Positions 26,859 through 35,186 of a stretch of DNA of 39,956 nucleotides are shown here, piece by piece. The DNA lies in the IMG/VR virus record IMGVR_UViG_3300037851_000214, positions 1 to 39,956 of that record. One strand, 5' to 3'. Numbering within the stretch: the first letter of the stretch is position 1; each line of letters starts with the position of its first letter. Source of the DNA: a virus. Lineage: Duplodnaviria > Caudoviricetes. The translations under genes were made by a program, and so were the position numbers. The notes beneath the pieces are model-generated. The model was not told where the DNA came from. It was given only the letters and a program-made list of their open reading frames with translations, and ran no database searches.

Positions 26859-26894
26859 TGTCCTTTCAACCACTATCATATGAACGGAAATTAC
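26859..26894 (+). promoter_or_regulatory. Late-promoter-like motif, copy 5
   Basis: TGTCCTTTCA (26859) ... AAATTAC, ATG at 26899. Confidence 0.75.
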
Positions 26895-26898
26895 ATCC

Positions 26899-27543
26899 AT
26901 GAACCAGTGGGTGCCGTTTGAATCATTTGTGAAGGGGCCAGTCAGTCCTGGCAAGATCTGCCAGATCTGGGGTGTGCCCGTTGATTGGTTGTTGCTTTAT
27001 CCTGAGTTCTCACCCACCACCCAATACCTGGATGGTGACATGGTGGTAGGCTGGCAGAAATACTGGCTCAAGTTCGCTGCCGCATCTTCAGGCAAAGGGT
27101 TTAAGGAAGAATTGAAATACCTCAAGGGCCGTCCCTACTGGGAGCAAACGCTCTCTTTCCGCGCTTACTGGCAATCTGGACAAACCGATATCAAGATCAA
27201 CAACATGGCCCACCACCGGTGGGTATTCATGTTCAAAGAAGGAGATACCGGGATGTACTATGTGATCGGCAAGCCGCCAGTGGGTGCCGAGCTTTCCGTG
27301 ACCTACTCCAATGACCAGGGCACGGTCACAGATTTTAAGGCAACATTTAAATCCATCCACCGCGCTCCGCTGTACACCGGCGTGAACCGCGCAGCTGTGC
27401 GTATTGTGGATGCAGACGGAAACTTTATTGTGGATGCAGAAGGCAACTACCTCTGCACCATCGGGGATATGGTAACGCCAACAGATCCTGTAGGGGATTT
27501 CTCTGGGGCGGATTTTACATCATCAGACTTTTATGTAGGATAA
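26899..27543 (+). CDS. Tail-tube-like virion protein with acidic C-terminal adaptor motifs
   Basis: Pattern similar to 362-907; ends IVDADGNFIVDAEGNYL...GDFSGADFTSSDFY. Confidence 0.55.
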   Translation: MNQWVPFESFVKGPVSPGKICQIWGVPVDWLLLYPEFSPTTQYLDGDMVVGWQKYWLKFAAASSGKGFKEELKYLKGRPYWEQTLSFRAYWQSGQTDIKINNMAHHRWVFMFKEGDTGMYYVIGKPPVGAELSVTYSNDQGTVTDFKATFKSIHRAPLYTGVNRAAVRIVDADGNFIVDAEGNYLCTIGDMVTPTDPVGDFSGADFTSSDFYVG

Positions 27544-27544
27544 C

Positions 27545-29014
27545 ATGGCAGACAAACTCATATCACAACTAGAGGAAGGGATACCAGGATCATCAGACTT
27601 CATACTCTATGATCCAAGTGGCAGCGGGTACTATAAAAAAGCGCAGGCCGGTAATTTACCCGGCGGTGGCGGCGGTGGAGCGGTAACGCTTTCAACACCT
27701 ACACTCACGGCTACAGCTGCATCTTCCAGCCAGATCAACTTATCCTGGACAAACGTATCTAACGAAAGCTCTTATAAGCTGGAATGGAGCGCCAACGGTT
27801 CTACGGGGTGGACTCAGATCGGTGGGACTATTGCTGCCAATACGACTACTTACAACCACACGGGCCTGACTTCATCAACAGCTTATTACTACCGGGTATC
27901 TGCAATAGGAAACGGTACTACTTACCTTACTTCTGGGTTTGGTACGGCCAACGCTACAACAGCGGCACCAGGTGCGACCCAGTTGAGTACACCAGGATCA
28001 TTTGCTGCCTCCGTAATTTCAAGCACACAGATCAACCTATCCTGGACTGATGTGGCGAATGAAAGTTCTTATATGCTGGAATGGTCTCCCAACGGTTCAT
28101 CCGGCTGGACACAGATTGGCGGCACTATTGCGGCGGGTTCGACATCCTACAACCATACGGGACTGACAGCTTCAACGCTGTATTACTACAGGCTTAAGGC
28201 GGTAGGTAATGGTACAACTTATACCGACTCCAACTATGCAACAGCGAATGCAACAACTTCAAGCGGGGCATCTTATGACACGGATGCTCAAGCCTTCTTT
28301 ACTGCTGCAGGGATAACTGACACCACTCAAAAAGATGCAGTGGATGCCTTGGTAGTAGCACTTAAAGCAGCAAGCATTTGGGCTAAGATGGATGCTATAT
28401 ATCCAATGGTCGGTGGCGATTCTACAAAGCATTCTTACAATCTAAAGGCACCTGGATCGTATCAGCTTACCTATACCGGTGGCTTGACTCATAACGCAAA
28501 CGGTATCACAGGCAACGGTTCCACAGGGTATATAGATACTAATTATATTCCCAGTTCACAACTTGCGGATACTTCGTCATGTTCCTTTGTAGCGTATAAC
28601 AGAACTAATGCCAACGGTATTGTATTGTATACATATCAATCAGGAGAGGGTTCTGTTGACTTGCAAAGATTCTCAGATGGTAATGTTTATGCAGCCTATG
28701 GTAAAGACCAAGGCAACAGAGTTTCCACAGCTTTAGCAGATGCATCAGGAAGATTTATTGTATCAAGGGAAAGCTCAACATCTTTAAAACTTTACAGGAA
28801 CGGATCGCAATTAGGTTCTACCGTAACAGCAAACGATGCAGCCAATGCCGTGAGTGATTCAGTTAAACTACTCTGTGAATGGGGCGGGACAAGTGCTTCA
28901 AATTTCCAATCATACAACATCGCATTTTTTGCTTTAGGTGATGGACTAAACGGAACAGAGGCAGCTGCTTTCGACTCAGCATTGGCAACATTCAACACGG
29001 CATTGAGCAGATAA
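27545..29014 (+). CDS. Fibre/adhesin protein: 2x fibronectin type III plus C-terminal LamG/ConA-like domain
   Basis: KLISQL N-terminal motif, Gly linker, two 98-aa FN3 repeats (QINLSWT...GLT.ST.YYYR), LYRNG. Confidence 0.85.
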   Translation: MADKLISQLEEGIPGSSDFILYDPSGSGYYKKAQAGNLPGGGGGGAVTLSTPTLTATAASSSQINLSWTNVSNESSYKLEWSANGSTGWTQIGGTIAANTTTYNHTGLTSSTAYYYRVSAIGNGTTYLTSGFGTANATTAAPGATQLSTPGSFAASVISSTQINLSWTDVANESSYMLEWSPNGSSGWTQIGGTIAAGSTSYNHTGLTASTLYYYRLKAVGNGTTYTDSNYATANATTSSGASYDTDAQAFFTAAGITDTTQKDAVDALVVALKAASIWAKMDAIYPMVGGDSTKHSYNLKAPGSYQLTYTGGLTHNANGITGNGSTGYIDTNYIPSSQLADTSSCSFVAYNRTNANGIVLYTYQSGEGSVDLQRFSDGNVYAAYGKDQGNRVSTALADASGRFIVSRESSTSLKLYRNGSQLGSTVTANDAANAVSDSVKLLCEWGGTSASNFQSYNIAFFALGDGLNGTEAAAFDSALATFNTALSR

Positions 29015-29868
29015 TGAGGTGGGTAATTTTACTAATAGTCCTTACAGGGTGCGAAAAGATGAAGTTATTTAACATACAAAATAAGACAACTGCTACCGGG
29101 CCAATAGGAGGTACTCCGTTTTATATCATATCAGGTCAGTCAAACTGTGGAAGGTCTAGGGTGAGCGAGATGACGGGTGGTCAGAGTGCGACTTATGGCC
29201 CAGCGGTAACAAATGCTTATATGCTCAATGCATGGAGGTATTATCAGAACAGTGTAACATTTTTTGAGGCACTTGATCCAGGAACTAACACGATGCTGGA
29301 AAATAGGAATAATAATGATGAATTTGGCCCTGAAACATCATTAGCATACCAACTTCAAAGCTACCAGTCAAAAAATAGATACTACTGTAAATGGGCAACA
29401 GGCAATACATCATTAGCCGTTGACTATGCTGCCCCTAGCGGCACAAGATATCTGCAATTGCAGACGGGTATAAACCAATCCTTGACAAGTGCAGCGGCTC
29501 TTGGGGTTACTAATTTAAAGCTCCATGCATTTATTTGGATGCAAGGGGAGAATGATGCGGTCAATGGAACATATGCAGCCAACTACCAAACCAACCTACA
29601 GAATTTCTATGACGAGTTCAAGGATTGGTGGGTAAATACAAAAGGTGGGAATAGTGACTTCAAGTTTATTGTGGGAAGAATACAGGATATCAATCAGGGT
29701 GACGAGGAACTGATTCGGGCGGCACAGGCAGCATTTGTTGCTATCCCTGCTAATAATGCCATTCTGATAGACACGGATGCATATACAAGATTGGATTATA
29801 TCCACTTTGATGCGACATCTCAGATACAATTTGGCATAGACATTTTTAACCAGGTAAAGGATCTATAA
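29014..29868 (+). CDS. Lipoprotein SGNH/SASA-family O-acetylesterase
   Basis: LTG-C lipobox; GQSN, FGPE, WMQGEND, DYIH motifs. Confidence 0.88.
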   Translation: MRWVILLIVLTGCEKMKLFNIQNKTTATGPIGGTPFYIISGQSNCGRSRVSEMTGGQSATYGPAVTNAYMLNAWRYYQNSVTFFEALDPGTNTMLENRNNNDEFGPETSLAYQLQSYQSKNRYYCKWATGNTSLAVDYAAPSGTRYLQLQTGINQSLTSAAALGVTNLKLHAFIWMQGENDAVNGTYAANYQTNLQNFYDEFKDWWVNTKGGNSDFKFIVGRIQDINQGDEELIRAAQAAFVAIPANNAILIDTDAYTRLDYIHFDATSQIQFGIDIFNQVKDL

Positions 29869-30269
29869 TGAGTTATCAGAGCAAATCATCTTGGTGGTCG
29901 ATGGTAGCTGCCTTTTTTCAGGCAGGGATAAGCCAATGGACAGGTGCTGAACTAGATACAGCATTTGAAAATATGAAAGACTCTGTGGCATGGGAACATC
30001 AGAAGTATACCATGACATCCAATACCTACGATTGTGCCAATGGCAATTTGCAGGAGCGCACACTCACCGGGAACGGCACGCTGGCGGTAACGGGCGCTGA
30101 GGCTGGTAAATATTACACGCTGATCAAAAAAGGGAATTTTACCCTCGCACTTCCAACATCTGAATTTAGCTCAAGCGGCGCTACGGTGCCATCTGGTACT
30201 GCTGTTATTACATTCATGTATGACGGGACTGACTTGTATTTCAACTTTGCCGCCTACTCCGCAACATGA
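29868..30269 (+). CDS. Hypothetical beta-rich virion-type protein
   Basis: LTGNGTL and F.YDGT motifs seen in fibre domains. Confidence 0.65.
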   Translation: MSYQSKSSWWSMVAAFFQAGISQWTGAELDTAFENMKDSVAWEHQKYTMTSNTYDCANGNLQERTLTGNGTLAVTGAEAGKYYTLIKKGNFTLALPTSEFSSSGATVPSGTAVITFMYDGTDLYFNFAAYSAT

Positions 30270-31654
30270 GGATAATCCTGACGATATTACTCCTTATCAA
30301 TGTGGCCTATGGGCAGTTAAACATTAAAGCCTTTGGAGCGCGGGAAAGCTATGCAGATAATTCAACCTACATCCAAAAGGCTATTGACTCAGCAGTAAAA
30401 ACTGGGAAAAGCGTAATTATTCCTATTGGGAGATTCAAAGTAGGTAAGCCTTTAATAGTCCACAACTGGCAGACTGATTACTACAACCAGGTATTTATCA
30501 AGATCATTGGCGAGTCTACTTTTTGGGACAGGGGCAACAGATCTGTATTAGAGGCAACATTCGGGGATGCTCCTTTGCTTTCTATTCAAAAGGGCAAAGG
30601 ATGTATAATTGACGGAATTACTTTCATGGGTAGGTGGAAGGCTCCCGGTAGCCCTTACAAAACACTTTATCAAGAATATAACGACCCAAATACAAGGGAT
30701 TCAAGGTGGAGTCCATATTGCGCTATAGCTATTGATCCTTTTATGTATGAGCTACCTGCTGATGGTGGGTATCCGACATTACAGAAATGGTACAGAGGCA
30801 ATCTAAGTAATGGAGGCTCAACTGGATTGGTCATTAAGAACTGTGTATTTAACGGATTTACCGTTGGTGCCATTACTTCCCCCAATGGCTTCACGCAGAA
30901 CGCCGAGCTGATCACCTTTGAAAATATCCAAATCATTAACTGCAAGACGGGGTTTGCAGGATGCCAGGCACAGGAAAAGCTGAACCGGATTATCAACGTA
31001 GGCGCATGGGGTACTACTCACACCCTTTTTATGTTCAACTACTACGGTGAGCAAACACCTGGACACTGGGTAATTGATGGTGTGAATGTAGCGGGTGAAG
31101 TAAATCAGATCCTTAACAGGCATTCTAGCGGGTACTTTCCTTTGTTCATGTCGAATATTTATGCTGAGTCAATTTTTCAATTTGGCTATTGGCAATCTTA
31201 TGTAGGAGATAGACTGAGTAACTCTGTTATAGACTTCTTATACCCTTATCAAACGGGGGAACTTCCTAAAGCACATTACGAGGGTGGAGGTGTTACTCTA
31301 TCCAATGTTCTGACAAGGATTTACGGTACTGATGAGCCGATTGTTTTTTTGAATGGCAGAAAGGATGAAAAGAACGTATGGGAACTGGACAAGATCAAGG
31401 TGACGGAGAGTTTAGGAGTTCCGCCAGTGATCATCAAAGGGTATAAATCGGGAACGCCTGACGGTATTGAAATGAGTGACTGCAAGTACCTGGAACTAAA
31501 GAATGGACAGATAGAGGGGATAAGCGGAAAGTACATCATTTTTATGAGTGGTGACTTTACGTTTTTAGGGTACGGTCTGGTCGCCGATGGGGGAAAGATC
31601 AGCTATAAATCAGTTGGACTTCCAGACGGATGGTATTACACATATATAAAATGA
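30266..31654 (+). CDS. Secreted right-handed beta-helix protein (pectate-lyase-3-like depolymerase)
   Basis: Signal peptide MRIILTILLLINVAYG; NIKAFGA...DNSTYIQKAID...VIIP.G.F. Confidence 0.8.
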   Translation: MRIILTILLLINVAYGQLNIKAFGARESYADNSTYIQKAIDSAVKTGKSVIIPIGRFKVGKPLIVHNWQTDYYNQVFIKIIGESTFWDRGNRSVLEATFGDAPLLSIQKGKGCIIDGITFMGRWKAPGSPYKTLYQEYNDPNTRDSRWSPYCAIAIDPFMYELPADGGYPTLQKWYRGNLSNGGSTGLVIKNCVFNGFTVGAITSPNGFTQNAELITFENIQIINCKTGFAGCQAQEKLNRIINVGAWGTTHTLFMFNYYGEQTPGHWVIDGVNVAGEVNQILNRHSSGYFPLFMSNIYAESIFQFGYWQSYVGDRLSNSVIDFLYPYQTGELPKAHYEGGGVTLSNVLTRIYGTDEPIVFLNGRKDEKNVWELDKIKVTESLGVPPVIIKGYKSGTPDGIEMSDCKYLELKNGQIEGISGKYIIFMSGDFTFLGYGLVADGGKISYKSVGLPDGWYYTYIK

Positions 31655-31671
31655 CCACGTAACAATATAAG

Positions 31672-31929
31672 ATGACAAGCAGCATGGACATGAAGGATAG
31701 TTTTCTCTCGTTTTTTGGCGGGTTTATGGTCGCCGTAATGGGAAACATTGAATGGATTTTACAGATCGACCCAACCAACAATTTATCCAACCTGATGATC
31801 GAATGGACGGCCAAGATATTTGGCACCATGATCCTGGGTGTGATCGGTGGTTTGGCGGGTCTGTTTGGAAAAGACCTTTATAAAATCATAAAACGTAAGT
31901 ATGACAGAGATAATGAAAAGGCTAAGTAA
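31672..31929 (+). CDS. Holin/antiholin-like membrane protein
   Basis: Two hydrophobic segments, basic C-terminus. Confidence 0.65.
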   Translation: MTSSMDMKDSFLSFFGGFMVAVMGNIEWILQIDPTNNLSNLMIEWTAKIFGTMILGVIGGLAGLFGKDLYKIIKRKYDRDNEKAK

Positions 31930-32140
31930 GCAGGACATCAGGAACACCATGGCCATGATCTGGGTGGTTCTCTCATTTTACTTTCTGTTCACGCTGCTGA
32001 GAATGCACATCCCGGAAACCAACAAAGATATTTTAATGGTCATATCCGGTGTGATCGTGGGTAAGCTCACGGACATCATGGGGTACTATTTCGGCCAGAG
32101 CAAAAGCGAGATTGATCAGCAGAAAAAAACTGATGCATGA
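31901..32140 (+). CDS. Holin-like 2-TM protein
   Basis: Two TM helices, YYFG.S motif, charged C-terminus. Confidence 0.7.
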   Translation: MTEIMKRLSKQDIRNTMAMIWVVLSFYFLFTLLRMHIPETNKDILMVISGVIVGKLTDIMGYYFGQSKSEIDQQKKTDA

Positions 32141-32646
32141 AAAACAAGGTGGACTTCGATGAAATTGTGAAGTGGATCGTCATTGCCATCTGTGCCGCCA
32201 TGTTCTACCTCGCCACATCGGGATGCAACCCGGTGAAGCAGGTGCTGAAATCTCCCGAGAAAACAGAAGCTGTGGTGGTGGAGTACGTAAAACGCAACCC
32301 ACCAAAAAATGATACCAACTACATCTACCTGCCGGGTGATACCATCGAAACTTACCAGGTGATCTATGACAGCGTGCGGCTCCCTTACCCGGTGAATCAC
32401 AAATACACCGAGGTGAGAACGATTGAGCGCACCATAGTGGACACGGTGAAGCAGACCGTGATCGACAGAACGCTGCTGGGTGCTTTGGAGAAACGGGTCA
32501 ACCTGCTGGAAAAAGAGCTGGATGATTGGAAGGATAAGGCACAGCGCCGGGGATGGCTCCTGGCTTTCCTGATTACTTTAATTGTAGGAGGGGGAATCTT
32601 CTACCTGGTTAAAACATTTCAACCTAAAATAACCATAGGAAAATGA
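32137..32646 (+). CDS. Putative unimolecular spanin
   Basis: N-terminal lipobox ATSG-C, Thr/Asp beta-rich middle, coiled coil, C-terminal TM helix. Confidence 0.6.
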   Translation: MKNKVDFDEIVKWIVIAICAAMFYLATSGCNPVKQVLKSPEKTEAVVVEYVKRNPPKNDTNYIYLPGDTIETYQVIYDSVRLPYPVNHKYTEVRTIERTIVDTVKQTVIDRTLLGALEKRVNLLEKELDDWKDKAQRRGWLLAFLITLIVGGGIFYLVKTFQPKITIGK

Positions 32647-32711
32647 TTGCGCTGCTGCTTTTCCTTGTATTGATTTTCATGATCGTGCTGCACATAATGG
32701 GTAAAAAATGA
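32643..32711 (+). CDS. 22-aa hydrophobic peptide (not in ORF track)
   Basis: MIALLLFLVLIFMIVLHIMGKK; ATGA overlaps at both ends. Confidence 0.55.
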   Translation: MIALLLFLVLIFMIVLHIMGKK

Positions 32712-33073
32712 CTAAAAACTTTCAACTTTCTGAATTTGATTGTAACGATGGAACACCTGTTCCTATTGAGTTACAAGACAACGTAGAACTATTGGCGCAG
32801 AACCTTCAGGTGCTGAGGGATGAACTAGGGGAACCACTAACCATTCTATCAGGCTACCGGTCACCTGCGTGGAATAAAAAAGTAGGGGGCAAGAAAGCCA
32901 GCTATCACATGAAAGCCATGGCCTCAGATCTCACCTGCAAAAGCAAAACGCCAAAGCAACTGCATGCCATCATTGAGCGGCTTATCGCAGAAAAAAAGAT
33001 GAAACAGGGGGGATTGGGTCTTTATCCTGGCTTCGTTCATTATGATGTAAGAGGGTTTAAGGCCCGTTGGTAA
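32708..33073 (+). CDS. Endolysin, peptidase M15A family
   Basis: NF...EF.C.DG, SGYRS...N..VGG...S.H....A.D, FVHYD. Confidence 0.92.
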   Translation: MTKNFQLSEFDCNDGTPVPIELQDNVELLAQNLQVLRDELGEPLTILSGYRSPAWNKKVGGKKASYHMKAMASDLTCKSKTPKQLHAIIERLIAEKKMKQGGLGLYPGFVHYDVRGFKARW

Positions 33074-35062
33074 ATGGAACAACGTTTAAAAATAGCGACA
33101 AGAATAATCCTGCTGACCATCATTGGGCTGCTGATGTACCTGATGAGCATATCTCAGGAGATCATCAACCTCAATGGTGTAAGGGGCAAGGATATCTCCC
33201 GGCTATTTGACGGCAACCTTGAGACCAATTACAACGCCAACAGCATCAATGAACCGCTGGCGCTGCCGTACGAAAGCTATGTGGTACTGGACAGCATCAC
33301 CAATGTGAGCCAGTTCAGCTATTACACCGGCAACAGCTCACAGACTCAAGGCTTCATGGTCAGATTCCTGGACAAAAACAGGGTGCAGATCGGTGGATAC
33401 CTTACTACGCCTACAGTTGGCAAGTATAGGCAATGGACAAACATCCAGACAAATTACATGGGCGTTAGATTCATCGTTTTCCAGACTACCGATCCCATGG
33501 TGCAATGGGATGGTATCAATGAGGTAAAGCTCTCAGGTACGGCCATCAGTAAAGCGCCAAGCATATACCCAACCCGGTATAATTTTATACCCACCGATCC
33601 GGGCATCTTCGCCCATGGCATTAACATTATTGGAGACAGGATCAATAAAACATGGGGCGGGGACACGGTGCTGCTGAAGGTGGCTAAGTCGGTACGCTTT
33701 TATTGGGCGGGGTATGACTTCGATATCTATCCTCAAACATACTATGGCTCACTGGCCAGCTCACCGCTTTTCTTAGGCCGGTACGGTTACAACCATTCCG
33801 GAAACTTACTCAACACGTTTAAGCGGTGGGGCATCCAGCCGATGATGACAAAGAGCGGCGGCTCCATTAAATATTTGGACAGCAACACGGCCAAGAATAA
33901 CACGGCATGGCTGGGAAACATTGATGCCAAGTACATCGAACCGGGAGCCAATCCAGAAACTGACAGCGCATGGGCAGGACTTTCAAACCAGTATCAAAAA
34001 CTTATCGGATTATATGGCACACGAAAACAATCAGTCAACGCCATCAATGGCGACACAACAAGTGGACAATCCACAATGGAAGTGTTCGAGTGGGATAACG
34101 AGCCTAACCGTTGGTGGCAGCAAGAGTATTATCATCCCCCACGAGCATACTACCATGCACTTAGCGCAGTTTACTCCAAGGGTAAGGCGGCAGATGCTAA
34201 AGCGCTTATCTATGCAGGCGCACTCCCCGGAATAGATACCGTCTACTGGAAGGCGGTTTACTTCTGCCACTACTTAAAGGCAGGACTAGCACCATTTCCT
34301 GCCGATGGTTTCAACTTCAATATGTACCTCAACGATGGCAGCCAACAGCGTGAAGGAACGGTAGGCGTATCACCAGAGCGGTACAAGATCCGCGAGGTAC
34401 TGATACAGTTACAGGATTTCATGCAGCGCCATTTCGGGAAGCCGGTACGCTGGACAGAGTTTGGGTATGCCACAGATCCTGAGAGTCCGTATGATGTACC
34501 GGATCAAATCACACAGGCCAACTATACACTGAGGCTGAAAGCAGTGGCTCAATCGGTGAGGTTCCTGGAAAAGATGTACTATTATTCTTTTTGGCAGGAT
34601 AATACCCCGCCTTTCAATTCCATGGCCATGTTCAGGGATACGAGTGCCTGGCATTTGGTGATCCCCAAACCTGTTGCCTACGCCACATCTAATGAGCTGT
34701 ACATCGAGCGCAACGCACCCTGGTTCAGTGAGCTGGTAAAGAATGGCGGAGATACCGGCGTATGGGTGACGAAGAAAGAAAACCTGTACAAGATCTGGAA
34801 AGCATCCGGATCAGCGAGCTACACCCTCCCCGGCCCGGCCAAGATCTACAAACTGAGATATGACAGATGGCTCCCCGACAGTACCACCGGCCAAACCATC
34901 ACAGCCAGTGAAGCCATGACATGGGCAGAGGTGCAGAGCATCACACCGCCACCTATTGAGGAATGCAAGCGCACCATCAAAGCCATCATTAAAACAGAAT
35001 ACAGAGACAGTGCAACGAATAAACTGATCCGTACCGCTACGGCAACGATATACCTGAGATAG
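33074..35062 (+). CDS. Exported glycoside hydrolase (clan GH-A-like) with discoidin/F5-8-like N-domain
   Basis: N-terminal signal/TM; LFDGN..T; EWDNEPN acid/base and WTEFGY nucleophile motifs. Confidence 0.75.
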   Translation: MEQRLKIATRIILLTIIGLLMYLMSISQEIINLNGVRGKDISRLFDGNLETNYNANSINEPLALPYESYVVLDSITNVSQFSYYTGNSSQTQGFMVRFLDKNRVQIGGYLTTPTVGKYRQWTNIQTNYMGVRFIVFQTTDPMVQWDGINEVKLSGTAISKAPSIYPTRYNFIPTDPGIFAHGINIIGDRINKTWGGDTVLLKVAKSVRFYWAGYDFDIYPQTYYGSLASSPLFLGRYGYNHSGNLLNTFKRWGIQPMMTKSGGSIKYLDSNTAKNNTAWLGNIDAKYIEPGANPETDSAWAGLSNQYQKLIGLYGTRKQSVNAINGDTTSGQSTMEVFEWDNEPNRWWQQEYYHPPRAYYHALSAVYSKGKAADAKALIYAGALPGIDTVYWKAVYFCHYLKAGLAPFPADGFNFNMYLNDGSQQREGTVGVSPERYKIREVLIQLQDFMQRHFGKPVRWTEFGYATDPESPYDVPDQITQANYTLRLKAVAQSVRFLEKMYYYSFWQDNTPPFNSMAMFRDTSAWHLVIPKPVAYATSNELYIERNAPWFSELVKNGGDTGVWVTKKENLYKIWKASGSASYTLPGPAKIYKLRYDRWLPDSTTGQTITASEAMTWAEVQSITPPPIEECKRTIKAIIKTEYRDSATNKLIRTATATIYLR

Positions 35063-35118
35063 CAACGGTATACCAGGGGCAGCACCCTTTTACCCCTTTT
35101 CATGCAGTTGGTTTTGGT

Positions 35119-35148
35119 GGCCTGGTGTTTCTACATCGGGCCTTTTTT
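35119..35148 (+). terminator. Intrinsic terminator
   Basis: GGCCTGGTG-TTTCTA-CATCGGGCC-T6. Confidence 0.85.
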
Positions 35149-35183
35149 GTCCTTTCATTGCCGCTTATGGCTGAATAGTTTGC
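35148..35183 (+). promoter_or_regulatory. Late-promoter-like motif, copy 6
   Basis: TGTCCTTTCA (35148) ... AGTTTGC, GTG at 35187. Confidence 0.75.
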
Positions 35184-35186
35184 ATT

